Shown in pieces: positions 8,376 to 19,370 of a stretch of 35,738 bases of DNA (the first letter of the stretch is position 1; every line of letters begins with the position of its first letter). The notes beneath the pieces are model-generated. The model searched no databases. It was not told where the DNA came from and worked only from the letters and a program-made list of their open reading frames with translations. The stretch comes from Methanothermococcus sp. SCGC AD-155-E23 (GTDB lineage: Archaea; AGJL01; Methanococci; Methanococcales; Methanococcaceae), in contig JAHEQA010000045.1 of the NCBI GenBank assembly GCA_019561615.1, positions 1 through 35,738 on the forward strand, in the 5' to 3' direction. The translations under genes were made by a program, and so were the position numbers.

Positions 8376-9572
8376 TAGAAAGACTCTGTCATTTTCCCTG
8401 GCGATTCCTCTGATCTTAACCCCAACTCTCTCCCCCTTCCTGGCGATCTTTACAGGTCTATGGTTGATCTCCATGGATTCAACCCTCTCCTCAATACACC
8501 CTGTCTTATTCCCCATTATAAGTATGGTGTCCCCAACCTTTAAATCCCCTGTAAGTTTAATCTCTGCCACCCCTATCTTCTTGTAGAAGTTTGTTACAAC
8601 TCCTATCTCAACCTTTCTATATGGAGAGGCGTTTCCCTCTATCTCGTACTGGAAGTCATGCCTATCTACCCTATCCCTGAAGTAGAAACCTGTATCAAAT
8701 CCCCTGTTGTAGGACTTAAGGAGCTCCTTTTTAAAGTAAGGCAACTTCTCATAGTAGGTACCATCTAATACAGAGTCTATGGCCTCCCTGTAGACCTTCA
8801 CAGTTCTCATTACATAGTCGGCGTTCTTACTCCTCCCCTCTATCTTGAAGCTGTCCAACACCTCCATAAGCTCTGGAATATGCTCTATCATACAGAGATC
8901 CTTTGGAGACAGGAGGTACTTCCCCTCACATATTAACTCATGGGTACCGTCATGGTGCTCATTTATCAACTTCCATCTCCTTCTACATGGTTGGAGACAG
9001 TCTCCACAGTTTGCATTTCTGTTGAAGAGGTAGGCACTTAGGAAGCACCTTCCACTTATAGCTACACAGAGTGCCCCATGGACAAAACCCTCCAACTCCA
9101 AATCTACACCCTCCTCCTTCAACTTCTCCCTTATCTCCCTTATCTGATTCAAGGTCAACTCCCTGGATAGTATAACCCTCTTTGCAAACCTGGAGTAGAA
9201 CTTTGCACTTAGGGAGTTTGTAATGTTGGTCTGGACACTTGCATGTACCCTTAAGCCATAGTCTCTCGCCAACATCATGGCCCCTATATCACTTGCTATA
9301 ACTGCATCTACCTCAGACTCCACTGCAAAGTCTAAAACCTCCTCCAACTTCTTCAGATCTTTCTCGTATATCACGGTATTTAAACAGAGGTAGATCTTCC
9401 TGTTGTTGTCATGGGCTATCTTCACACCCTCCTTCAACTCCCTCCTACTGAAGTTCTTGGTAGTTGCCCTCATGTTAAACTCCTTCAACCCACAGTATAC
9501 CCCATCTGCTCCATAGTCAATTGCAGTTTTTAGACATGTGAGATCCCTTGCAGGGGCGAGAAGTTCCACCAT
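8328..9572 (-). CDS. Peptidase U32 family Fe-S protein (TrhP/RlhA-like O2-independent hydroxylase family)
   Basis: ELLAPA, GADGVYCG, HASVQ, RVILSREL, EGFVHGALCVAISGRC...CGDCLQPCR, SPKDLC and FKIEGR; C-terminal beta-barrel; GGAGGTGAT RBS. Confidence 0.93.
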   Translation of the reverse strand: MVELLAPARDLTCLKTAIDYGADGVYCGLKEFNMRATTKNFSRRELKEGVKIAHDNNRKIYLCLNTVIYEKDLKKLEEVLDFAVESEVDAVIASDIGAMMLARDYGLRVHASVQTNITNSLSAKFYSRFAKRVILSRELTLNQIREIREKLKEEGVDLELEGFVHGALCVAISGRCFLSAYLFNRNANCGDCLQPCRRRWKLINEHHDGTHELICEGKYLLSPKDLCMIEHIPELMEVLDSFKIEGRSKNADYVMRTVKVYREAIDSVLDGTYYEKLPYFKKELLKSYNRGFDTGFYFRDRVDRHDFQYEIEGNASPYRKVEIGVVTNFYKKIGVAEIKLTGDLKVGDTILIMGNKTGCIEERVESMEINHRPVKIARKGERVGVKIRGIARENDRVFLLMENNKKSQYNQYKT

Positions 9573-10905
9573 CTTTATCACCTCCCATCCTCTTTAACAT
9601 CCTACTTAACTCCAGGTAGTACCTACTTAACTCCTCCCTGAAGTAATCTAAATCTAGATACTTCGCCTGGTGGTTCTCCAGGTAGATGGCTCTATCAGCC
9701 AGTGCAGTTAGTAGATCTAAACTACTGGTGGCGATGATAAAGGTAGAGGTTAATTTCTCCCTCTCCTTCATTATAATCTCGGAGAGGGACTTCACCCCCT
9801 CAAACCACTTAGAGAGTAAACCACTTACAAGGAGATTTACTGCAGAGTTGTCCTCGTCTATAAGTATAAGATCCACCCCACTTGTCATGGCCCGCTGGAT
9901 CCTGTAGGCCATTGTCATGGAGGTTGAGGCCCTACCTACAACCCTCTTTGGAGTACCCTTTAACCCCCTAGGTAACTTCTCAAAGAATAGACTGATATCA
10001 CAACCCTGCATATCCATGGAGCCCCCTGTAACCTTGGCAAGATTCCTGGTGGTGATTATATACTCCCTCCCATCACCTAGGAGGTGATCATCCTGACCAC
10101 TCTCTATACCTTCAAGTAGGGTGGTCTTTCCCTGGGCATTCCTCCCGGTGATAACAAATATCTCCCTCTTCTTAATACCTAGGCCTGTTATAGTTCTTCC
10201 ATCGTACAACTCCACCTCAAGTGGGTCCAACTCTCTAGGTGTTACAAAGGGTATGTTAACACCCTCCTTAGGCCCTGCTATTCGAAAGTGTCTCCTTACA
10301 GGGGTATAACTCCTGGCAGGTCTAGAGTAATCCCCTATAAAGGCTACAAGGCCTAGACTCTCCAATCTTTCCCTTAGATCCTTCTGGTTGACAATGTTTG
10401 TATTCTCCCTCTCCAGCAGAGGATAGGGTATACTGTCTATATATTCCCCTAACTCCTGGGAGAGTTCATCTATCTCTCTACCTATATGCCGTGGATCTTT
10501 CTCTGGGAATATCATCCTTAGAAGGAGGTGTATCTCCTCCCCCTCTATGTAGTTGTATCTGTCAGCCCTCCAGAGGTTGCTCCCTATATTCATATCACAG
10601 TTTACCACGGTGAGGGGCTCGTAGAGTTCCCTGTACCTCCTTGAAAGGTTCCCTGAAAGTGGAGAGAATCTTCCCCTCCTCATCTCCTCCTTGATACACT
10701 CTATAACCCGTGCTGTACTCCCCTCCAACCCCTGGGGGTTTAGATGGATAAGATCCTCCCTCTTAAAAACAAAGGGCAGGACTATCTTTACCTTCCCATC
10801 TCCCTGGGCACTGATGTAAAAGAGTTTGTTTTTATTGGAGGGTGTCAAAACCTCCCTGTTTAAATTGGGGGTTGTAATATTCTTTATTACCTCCTCTATC
10901 TTCAT
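9517..10905 (-). CDS. ABC-class P-loop ATPase domain protein (COG3044/PF09818-like, divergent)
   Basis: Walker A GRNAQGKTT, HLLGDGRE, DISLFF..LP.G, ASTS and Walker B LILIDEDNSAVN. No transmembrane partner nearby. Confidence 0.8.
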   Translation of the reverse strand: MKIEEVIKNITTPNLNREVLTPSNKNKLFYISAQGDGKVKIVLPFVFKREDLIHLNPQGLEGSTARVIECIKEEMRRGRFSPLSGNLSRRYRELYEPLTVVNCDMNIGSNLWRADRYNYIEGEEIHLLLRMIFPEKDPRHIGREIDELSQELGEYIDSIPYPLLERENTNIVNQKDLRERLESLGLVAFIGDYSRPARSYTPVRRHFRIAGPKEGVNIPFVTPRELDPLEVELYDGRTITGLGIKKREIFVITGRNAQGKTTLLEGIESGQDDHLLGDGREYIITTRNLAKVTGGSMDMQGCDISLFFEKLPRGLKGTPKRVVGRASTSMTMAYRIQRAMTSGVDLILIDEDNSAVNLLVSGLLSKWFEGVKSLSEIIMKEREKLTSTFIIATSSLDLLTALADRAIYLENHQAKYLDLDYFREELSRYYLELSRMLKRMGGDKDGGTSRPCKGSHMSKNCN

Positions 10906-10922
10906 CCCTATCACAAAAAGAG

Positions 10923-11225
10923 TTAGATGTATATTATGTCCTTCTTTATACTTTCTTTTACCTCTTTAACCCTTATGGATTCTATACCTGCAGGTGTTAA
11001 AAGATCCACTTCTCTCCCAAAAAGTTCCTCGAGGAAATCAACAAGTCCAGCAACATTCCTAAAAGTGGCTTTTCCCTTTTCAAATTCTACAAGGATATCA
11101 ATATCACTATCCTCCCTAGCCTCATCCCTTGCAAAGGAGCCAAATATTCCAATTCTTTTAACTCCAAAACTCTCTATTTTCTTTCTGTTTTCCCTAAGTT
11201 TTTTCAGTACTTCTTCCCTGTCCAT
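10923..11225 (-). CDS. Minimal nucleotidyltransferase (MNT, COG1669 family)
   Basis: 100 aa; GIFGSFARDE...SDIDILVEF, LEELFGREVDL and C-terminal IIYI. Confidence 0.92.
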   Translation of the reverse strand: MDREEVLKKLRENRKKIESFGVKRIGIFGSFARDEAREDSDIDILVEFEKGKATFRNVAGLVDFLEELFGREVDLLTPAGIESIRVKEVKESIKKDIIYI

Positions 11226-11229
11226 ATTA

Positions 11230-12237
11230 TCAACATACCCTAGGTATAGGATCTCCCATTGGAGTATCCACTATCCTTCTACCTACCAGGGTCTCCATCA
11301 CCACCATCTTATGATCTGATACAACCTCCCCTATGATCTGGGCGTTCCTCCCCAAGGGGTGGGAGCGTAGTATCTCCAGTGCCCTCTCTCCATCCTCCCT
11401 CTTAACTGCCATAACAACCTTCCCCTCGTTAGCCACAGTTAGAGGATCTATACCAAGGGCCTGGGAGAGGAATTGCACCTCCTCACTTAGAGGTATCCTC
11501 TCCTCGTATATGTTTATACCAAGACCACTTTTTTCCACCATCTCATTTAGGGCGCTGGCAAGACCTCCCCTGGTAGGATCCTTCATGGCATGTACCTCTA
11601 CACCACTGTCAAGTACCTTCTTTATCAGCTTGTTGAGAGGTGCAACGTCAGATTTCAAATTACTCTTAAAGTCAAACTTCTCCCTTGCTAGAAGGACAGC
11701 CAACCCATGCTCCCCTATGTTGCCAGAGACTATGATAACATCCCCCTCCTCCATACCACTGTCCCTTATAACCCTCCCTCTCTCAGTTACCCCTATACCT
11801 GCAGTGGTTATCACTATGTCGTCCACCTGGGATACCTTTGTATCTCCAGTGATCACAGGTACCTCTGCCTCCTTGGAGGCCTTATTTATAGACTTCATTA
11901 TCCTGTCCAACTTATCCATGGGAAAGCCCTCAGGTATCACCAGGGAGAGGGAGAGAGCTACAGGCTCCCCACCCATAACTGCAATGTCGTTAACAGTGCC
12001 ACAGACTGCCAACCTACCTATATCCCCCCCTGGGAAGAATATAGGTTTAACGGTATGTCCGTCTATGGTGAAAATTATCTCCTTATCTCCAAGGGGTACA
12101 CTTCCCCCATCCTCTAACTCCTTTAACCCTACACCTCCCTCTACAGAGGTTAACTCCAAGTTGCCCAGTATCACCTTCTTGATAAGTTCCTGCATCAACT
12201 TTCCTCCGGCACCGTGCATCCTGGTTATCCTCTCCAT
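11230..12237 (-). CDS. hypE: [NiFe]-hydrogenase maturation protein HypE
   Basis: HGAGG, FFPGGDIGRLAVCGTVND, TGDTKV, KDPTRGG, ANEG and C-terminal PRVC. Confidence 0.97.
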   Translation of the reverse strand: MERITRMHGAGGKLMQELIKKVILGNLELTSVEGGVGLKELEDGGSVPLGDKEIIFTIDGHTVKPIFFPGGDIGRLAVCGTVNDIAVMGGEPVALSLSLVIPEGFPMDKLDRIMKSINKASKEAEVPVITGDTKVSQVDDIVITTAGIGVTERGRVIRDSGMEEGDVIIVSGNIGEHGLAVLLAREKFDFKSNLKSDVAPLNKLIKKVLDSGVEVHAMKDPTRGGLASALNEMVEKSGLGINIYEERIPLSEEVQFLSQALGIDPLTVANEGKVVMAVKREDGERALEILRSHPLGRNAQIIGEVVSDHKMVVMETLVGRRIVDTPMGDPIPRVC

Positions 12238-12255
12238 AATATCCCTAGAATAATA

Positions 12256-12269
12256 TATTTAAAATTTTT
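12256..12269 (-). promoter_or_regulatory. Putative BRE/TATA for hypE (possibly short-leader or leaderless)
   Basis: Minus strand reads AAAAATTTTAAATA about 19 nt before the hypE ATG, just after a T8 tract that follows rps27e. Confidence 0.5.
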
Positions 12270-12291
12270 AATAAAGATCATTAAAAAAAAT

Positions 12292-12477
12292 TTACTCCAG
12301 TACCTCCAGTATCTTGGCCTTTATCAGTCCCTTAGATGCCCTAGGTTCTGCAATTACCCTTCCACAGGCGATACACTTTACAACAGTTGCAGGGCATCCA
12401 AATATAACCTGCTCGTTACCACACTCTGGACATTGGACCCTTAAAAACCTACTTCTAGGCTTAGGTATCAGATCCAA
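12292..12477 (-). CDS. rps27e: 30S ribosomal protein S27e
   Basis: [20 protein letters not shown]...CIACG zinc ribbon; TTG start behind GGAGGTGA. Confidence 0.96.
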   Translation of the reverse strand: MDLIPKPRSRFLRVQCPECGNEQVIFGCPATVVKCIACGRVIAEPRASKGLIKAKILEVLE

Positions 12478-12496
12478 CCTCTCACCTCCAAAGGAA

Positions 12497-12778
12497 TTAC
12501 TCCACCAGTTCAAATACCCTCACTCTAAATCCACCACTACGTCTAGTGTGCATCTTTCCACATTCTGAACACTTGTATCTCAAGTCCAACTTCTTAACAG
12601 GTTTTGATCCACTTGGTAAAGGTCTTGGGTATCCTCCATAACCTGCCAAGACCCTTCTGAACTGTCTCTGACCCCAGGTTAACTCACTTGGTTTTCTCTT
12701 CTTAGCCAGCTCTACAGTATGCACGGTATGTTTTTTACAGTAGGGGCAATACCTCTTTATCCTTTTTTTCATCTTCAT
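12497..12778 (-). CDS. rpl44e: 50S ribosomal protein L44e
   Basis: [26 protein letters not shown] and [10 protein letters not shown]. Confidence 0.96.
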   Translation of the reverse strand: MKMKKRIKRYCPYCKKHTVHTVELAKKRKPSELTWGQRQFRRVLAGYGGYPRPLPSGSKPVKKLDLRYKCSECGKMHTRRSGGFRVRVFELVE

Positions 12779-13253
12779 AGAATTCACCCTTTATCCTTTT
12801 AACGATCTTGTACTTCTCCAGTATCTCAACAATCCTCCTATCTAGAGAAATAATGTCGTTCTTTTCCAGGTTGTAAACTCTCTCTCCATCTGTAAATTCT
12901 GGAAAATTAGTTAGGACCCTTACAATGTCAATAGGTCTCTGGGTATTTATAGGTTTTGGTACCTCTACCCTCTCCTCCTCTCTCAAACTAGGTATACCTT
13001 CAACATCCTCAATTGCCCTTAGTATCTCCCTCTCCTCCTCCAGGAGGTTCTCCCTGTCACCATAAAAGGCCTTGTATATCCTTAACTTCCTCAACTCCCT
13101 GAGGTAGTAAAGTAGTCGTCTGTACTCCCTCTCACTCCCGTACTCCCTATCTTCTATATACCTTCTAACATCCTCATAAAAATTCTCAGGTAGTTTTGTC
13201 AACTTGTCATTTTTCAACTCGTTAAAAAATGTATTGACAACTTTTTTATACAT
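12735..13253 (-). CDS. GINS family (Gins15/51-like) replication protein
   Basis: [10 protein letters not shown] and LRKLRIYK A-domain plus a C-terminal B-domain (VRVL..FPEF.DG..YNL..NDII.L). It sits in the conserved archaeal pcn-gins-rpl44e-rps27e cluster. Confidence 0.8.
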   Translation of the reverse strand: MYKKVVNTFFNELKNDKLTKLPENFYEDVRRYIEDREYGSEREYRRLLYYLRELRKLRIYKAFYGDRENLLEEEREILRAIEDVEGIPSLREEERVEVPKPINTQRPIDIVRVLTNFPEFTDGERVYNLEKNDIISLDRRIVEILEKYKIVKRIKGEFYEDEKKDKEVLPLL

Positions 13254-13272
13254 AATTCCCCGGGAAAAAAGT

Positions 13273-14019
13273 TTAGGACTCTATCCTTGGGGCCAGGAGG
13301 AAGAGGATCTTTCCATCTGCAATGTTGAACTCTATCTTTACAGGCATGTCAGAGCCCAGGTATATGTGAAGTATGTCATCTGAGGATGCTGCCTTTGTAA
13401 TGTCCTCTAGATAGGAGAGGCTGAAGGTACTCTTTGCAGGTTCTGTAATCCTCATATCCAGTATGGCATCACTGTTTTCATCGAAGATGGTCTCACTTTG
13501 ATTTGTCTCCCCCTTGGAGGATACTATAAACCTACCCTCCTCATCTACCTGTAAGGTAACGTGGTCGTTAACTAACTCTGCATCCTTAAGGGCCTCTTTG
13601 AATGCCCCGGCCTTTATAACTATCTCGTTGGGATAGTTTAGATCTGGGACCTTGACATTTGAGGTACTGATGTCGTAGAGGGCAAGTGAGAACTTCCTAG
13701 TTGCATCGTTTTTAAGGATAACATTTAACCTATTCCTCTCCTCGTCTAACTCTAAAATCAACTTCTCCTTTGATTTAGCCCTTTTAACAATCTTTTTTAA
13801 CGCCTCTAGATCCACACCTATCTCGTGGGGATCTGCAACGAACTCCTCAAAGGCCTCCCTTGGAACGTTGACACTTACCAGTGCAACGTGGGAGGGATCC
13901 ATTGCACTTGCCCTTAGACCCTTCTCATCTATCTCAAAGGAGATCTCGTCTACTAGGTTACTCATGGCATCCACTATCTTTTTAAACTCCTTGGCATTGC
14001 TGATAGTTGCTTTAAACAT
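13273..14019 (-). CDS. pcn: DNA polymerase sliding clamp PCNA
   Basis: [18 protein letters not shown] and C-terminal FLLAPRIE; AGGTGA RBS. Confidence 0.97.
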   Translation of the reverse strand: MFKATISNAKEFKKIVDAMSNLVDEISFEIDEKGLRASAMDPSHVALVSVNVPREAFEEFVADPHEIGVDLEALKKIVKRAKSKEKLILELDEERNRLNVILKNDATRKFSLALYDISTSNVKVPDLNYPNEIVIKAGAFKEALKDAELVNDHVTLQVDEEGRFIVSSKGETNQSETIFDENSDAILDMRITEPAKSTFSLSYLEDITKAASSDDILHIYLGSDMPVKIEFNIADGKILFLLAPRIES

Positions 14020-14089
14020 CAATTTCACCTTTAAAAAATATTCCCCACCATCTCCTTTTAATTTCCAAAAAGAAAAAAAGATTTTATAG

Positions 14090-14119
14090 GTTTTATCTCC
14101 ACTGTAATCCGATTTTAAC
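14090..14119 (-). CRISPR. Solitary CRISPR-repeat-like 30-mer (no array)
   Basis: Minus strand GTTAAAATCGGATTACAGTGGAGATAAAAC resembles 30-nt methanogen repeats of the GTTAAAATCAGA...GAAAN type. Single copy in the window. Confidence 0.4.
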
Positions 14120-14152
14120 AGCCTCTACGATAATATGAGGTGTACCTCCCAA

Positions 14153-14166
14153 TATTTAAAACTTTC
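14153..14166 (-). promoter_or_regulatory. BRE/TATA promoter upstream of the repeat-like element and pcn
   Basis: Minus strand GAAAGTTTTAAATA directly after the aminotransferase stop. Confidence 0.6.
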
Positions 14167-15467
14167 TACCTGTGGAGATACTCCTCTATCTTCTCTCCAA
14201 GGGTGTAGTATATCCACTTCAATTTATCCCTGTCCCTCTCAAGGAGTGTAGACCTAAACCCATAGAGGTGGGTGTTGAAGGAGGACATAGGTACAACACA
14301 GATGCCAGTAGATGCTAGGAGGTAGTAGGTAAATCTCATATCTTCAGGTTTGCCCCTTGAAACCCTCTCTATATATCTCCTAAGTTCTCTGTTCTCCACC
14401 TCTAGGGAGTTGCCATTTAAATAATCCCTCTCAAATACCACCCCCATATAGAAGGCTCCACAGGTTCTATTTACAAGGAGGCCTTCAATAGATTTCAACC
14501 TCCGGTATGCAAGGTTGGAGGCCCACTGGTAGTACTCCCTCCTCTCCTCCAAGTATCTCTGGAACCTTGGATCACCCATAACCTTAGGTATCACCTTCTG
14601 GGGCAGTGTAGTGGAGCACACCTCTATCATCTTAAACTTACATATACCTTCTATGTACTTTTTAAAAACCTCATCCCTGTGGGCGTTGTACACCTCCATC
14701 CAACCACACCTGGCACCTGGCCAGGGGAACTCCTTGGATATCCCCTTTAGAGAGATACCACAGACGTCATCTATAACCTGGGAGAGGTAGACATGTTTCC
14801 TGCCGTTGTATACCAGGTTGTGGTATATCTCGTCACATAGGATAAAGAGGTCGTACTCGTTGGCAATATCTACGATCTCATCAAGTACCTTCTTTGGATA
14901 GACACCACCTGTAGGGTTACCTGGATTTATTACAAGTATTCCAGATACTACGGGGTTGTACTTTACCTTGTTCCTTAGATCCTCTAGATCTGGATACCAG
15001 TTGTTCCTCTCATCTGTTCTATAGGTTAGGGGGTGGCACCTGGCGTGGAGGCCCTCTGCAGAGGAGTGGGTAGGGTAGGCGGGAGAGGGTCCTATAACCC
15101 TAGCCTCCTTTTTCAACAGTCCGTATATCTTTGTAATGGCGTCTCCAAGACCGTTGAAGAAGATAATGTCTTCAGGGGTTATCTGGACCCCGTTCCTTCT
15201 GTTGTTCTCCTCTGCCAGAAACTCCCTAGTCTCCAGTAACCCCTTAGTTGGACAGTAGAGATAGGAGTCGTCCTCCATGACAGTCTCTGCTATAATCTCC
15301 TTTATCCACTGGGGTACCTTCTCCCCCTTTACTATAGGATCCCCTATGTTTTCCCAGGTGATATCAATCCCGTAACTTTCCACCTTTTTTGCAACCTCCA
15401 CTATCTCCCTTATCTCGTAACTTAACTCACCAACCCCTTCATGTACTATATCCATCCTCATTGCCAT
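14166..15467 (-). CDS. PLP-dependent aminotransferase class I/II (AlaA-like)
   Basis: YEIR, NIGDP, INPGNPTG, DEIY and GISKEFPWPGARCGW (PLP lysine). Start is ATG15467 or ATG15461. Confidence 0.92.
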   Translation of the reverse strand: MAMRMDIVHEGVGELSYEIREIVEVAKKVESYGIDITWENIGDPIVKGEKVPQWIKEIIAETVMEDDSYLYCPTKGLLETREFLAEENNRRNGVQITPEDIIFFNGLGDAITKIYGLLKKEARVIGPSPAYPTHSSAEGLHARCHPLTYRTDERNNWYPDLEDLRNKVKYNPVVSGILVINPGNPTGGVYPKKVLDEIVDIANEYDLFILCDEIYHNLVYNGRKHVYLSQVIDDVCGISLKGISKEFPWPGARCGWMEVYNAHRDEVFKKYIEGICKFKMIEVCSTTLPQKVIPKVMGDPRFQRYLEERREYYQWASNLAYRRLKSIEGLLVNRTCGAFYMGVVFERDYLNGNSLEVENRELRRYIERVSRGKPEDMRFTYYLLASTGICVVPMSSFNTHLYGFRSTLLERDRDKLKWIYYTLGEKIEEYLHR

Positions 15468-15522
15468 CACATCTTAATAGAACTCTATTTTATCTTGAAC
15501 AGGGATTTATTTTAAAAAATAT

Positions 15523-15536
15523 TATTTAAATTTTCC
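15523..15536 (-). promoter_or_regulatory. Putative BRE/TATA for the aminotransferase
   Basis: Minus strand GGAAAATTTAAATA about 55 nt upstream of the start. Confidence 0.5.
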
Positions 15537-15622
15537 CAAGCAATTTTTTAATAGGGCGGTATTTAGATGTTTTTTATCCTAAAAAAATCTCATTATTGTT
15601 AGAGGTAAAAGGAGGAGATAAG

Positions 15623-16075
15623 ATGGATATCTCCAAATCTAAAAACCTCCTTTTAAAGGGTTTAGAGAGGTATGGGGTAGACCTGGAGAGTATAATAGAT
15701 ACTGCCATGGAGTTATGTATCTCAGAGGACAGGGAAAATATAAGGTTGAAGCTTAGGAAGGTGATGTTGAAGAAGTTGGAGGATCCCAACCTCCTAATAT
15801 TGATGATAGCAGCCTTAAAACTTGAGGAGGAGGGTATGAAGGGGAACCTACCCTTTACCTATAAGGGGGATCCAATCCATATCTACATAGACGAAGTTAT
15901 CGGTATGACCATTGCCAACGAGATATCTGGAACTAAGGGGATATTTAACTTCAGATGGTACGATGCAAAGAAACCTGGAATAATAGGAGAATTGGATAAG
16001 AGGGGTTGTGTCTTTTTAGACGATGCAATAGCAGGGTTTATTGCAGGGTGTATGTCCAGGGTATTTGAAGAATAA
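15623..16075 (+). CDS. cobZ: Alpha-ribazole phosphatase CobZ (PgpA-like fold)
   Basis: DPN, DPxxxxxDEVIG, GTKGIFNFRWYDAKKPGI and FLDDAIAG motifs; GGAG RBS. Confidence 0.8.
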   Translation: MDISKSKNLLLKGLERYGVDLESIIDTAMELCISEDRENIRLKLRKVMLKKLEDPNLLILMIAALKLEEEGMKGNLPFTYKGDPIHIYIDEVIGMTIANEISGTKGIFNFRWYDAKKPGIIGELDKRGCVFLDDAIAGFIAGCMSRVFEE

Positions 16076-16077
16076 TC

Positions 16078-17740
<1,663 letters not shown>

Positions 17741-17752
17741 GGCACTCACATT

Positions 17753-18535
17753 TTAGACAAATTGTAAATTTCTCAACCTGTTACATATGTGATCTAACAT
17801 ATCCCTTAGATTCTTCCTGTTGTCAAATCCCTCTACAATCCTCTGAAGTTCCTCCCTATCTAGTCTTTTATACTCCCTGACGTACTTCCTAAGTAGGGGT
17901 AGACATCTAGTTAACTCGTCTACTATGGTAACTGTAGATCTCTGGGCTGTCCTGGAGAGGGGATTTAGGTCTATGGATATTACCTTTTTACCCATCTTTA
18001 CAAGGGCCTCAGTTCTATCCCCGTCCTCCAGGGGTACTAGAACTACATCTGCAGAGTATATCCCCTCCTGGGAGACCCTACCCCTTGCACTCTCCAGGTT
18101 AGGTATCTGTTTATTTCCCTCCTCCACCCCTAGGATCTTTATCCTACCACTTCTTATCTTCTCCCTGATAACAGGATCCTCCTCAAAGAACTCTTTAATC
18201 TTTCTCAACCTCTCCTCACTTCTGTAAAAGAGATTTACCTCAATCTTTCCATTTAACTCCTCTGCAAGTTTAACAACCTCATCTCTAGCCAGGGCTACGG
18301 TATTGCCGTTAACTGAGATAACTGGATTCTTCGCCAGTACCAACATTGCAGCGGCAGCCTTTATAGCCCTGAGAGCTATATCTGTAGTTTTCTCCCCTAT
18401 GAGATAGTCGAAGGTCTCCCCCCTACCATGGGCTATAAGCCCTGCCTTTGCAAGTATCCCTCTATCTAAGGCCTCAACAACTTTCTCCCTATTTAGCAGG
18501 GATTTATACCTTGGATGACTTTTTGGAATATTCAT
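17753..18535 (-). CDS. 4-phosphopantoate--beta-alanine ligase (phosphopantothenate synthetase, COG1701)
   Basis: [40 protein letters not shown] and IDLNPLSRT. Confidence 0.93.
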   Translation of the reverse strand: MNIPKSHPRYKSLLNREKVVEALDRGILAKAGLIAHGRGETFDYLIGEKTTDIALRAIKAAAAMLVLAKNPVISVNGNTVALARDEVVKLAEELNGKIEVNLFYRSEERLRKIKEFFEEDPVIREKIRSGRIKILGVEEGNKQIPNLESARGRVSQEGIYSADVVLVPLEDGDRTEALVKMGKKVISIDLNPLSRTAQRSTVTIVDELTRCLPLLRKYVREYKRLDREELQRIVEGFDNRKNLRDMLDHICNRLRNLQFV

Positions 18536-18544
18536 GTTATCCTT

Positions 18545-19339
18545 TCAACGACTTCTCTTGGATGTAAGTTGGTATACCTCACAGGAGTGATTACCCTCCT
18601 CATCCACTATCTCAATATCCTCGATGGATTTTAAACCTAGACTATCGGCAGTCCTCTCTATACCTAGTTTTCTATCTGTATCGATCTCTATGACGTAGGC
18701 CTCCAATTTAGGTATCTTCAGGATATTACAGGCGACAACCCTGTGATGCCCGTCTACAAGGATATACTTATCATCCTTACCTCTCTTTTTTATAACTATT
18801 ATAGGTTCAGCGAGACCTCTCTTCAACTCGTATATCCTACCCTGTAACTCATCTGCGTAGATCTTATCCTGGGTAGGTCTTATCTTATTTACAGGGATGG
18901 TATCTGTATACACCTTAACCTTAAACCCTAACCTCCTATAGGCCTCCACTATCTTATTTAACTTCTCTGGAGTAGTCTTCTCTATCTGGGACCTTATAAC
19001 ATCTGTGTTAGTGATAATACCTAGTAGTCTATCCTCCTCGTCTATCACAGGTAGTTTTGAGAAACCTGTCCTAAACATCAACCTTCCAACATCCCTTATA
19101 TTGGCATCTGGCCTGGTAGTTATCATCTTTTCCCTTTTAACCATGATATTCTCTATCTTCTCATTCTCCTCTCTACCTATTAGATCATGGACTGAGACTA
19201 TACCCACTACCTTACCTTCAGAGACTACTGGGAAGGTGTCATGGGAGGTTTTCTTAATAAGTTCTATTACATCCTTTACAGTGTCCTCTGGACTGACGTA
19301 GTATACATTCCTAGTCATGTACTCCTCCACTTTAACCAT
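18545..19339 (-). CDS. CBS-pair plus ParB/Srx-like domain protein
   Basis: Two CBS repeats (FPVV..GKVVGIVS..D; KLPVID...LGIITNTD), then IRPTQ, EPIIV and LVDGHHR. Confidence 0.88.
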   Translation of the reverse strand: MVKVEEYMTRNVYYVSPEDTVKDVIELIKKTSHDTFPVVSEGKVVGIVSVHDLIGREENEKIENIMVKREKMITTRPDANIRDVGRLMFRTGFSKLPVIDEEDRLLGIITNTDVIRSQIEKTTPEKLNKIVEAYRRLGFKVKVYTDTIPVNKIRPTQDKIYADELQGRIYELKRGLAEPIIVIKKRGKDDKYILVDGHHRVVACNILKIPKLEAYVIEIDTDRKLGIERTADSLGLKSIEDIEIVDEEGNHSCEVYQLTSKRSR

Positions 19340-19370
19340 AGGAGACCCTTTCCTCTTTTTTATGATTAAT

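Noticed and set aside
11333-12253. 306-aa plus-strand ORF
   Set aside because: Antisense shadow of hypE, Ser/Pro/Leu-rich. The same applies to the other short antisense ORFs over aspS, gatE, topA, mat and glmM.
18545-19339. ParB-like protein as the binder of the 17-bp palindromes (a parABS system with the ArsA-like ATPase)
   Set aside because: It has no HTH domain, lies 15 kb away, and the ATPase has ArsA/GET3 rather than ParA signatures.
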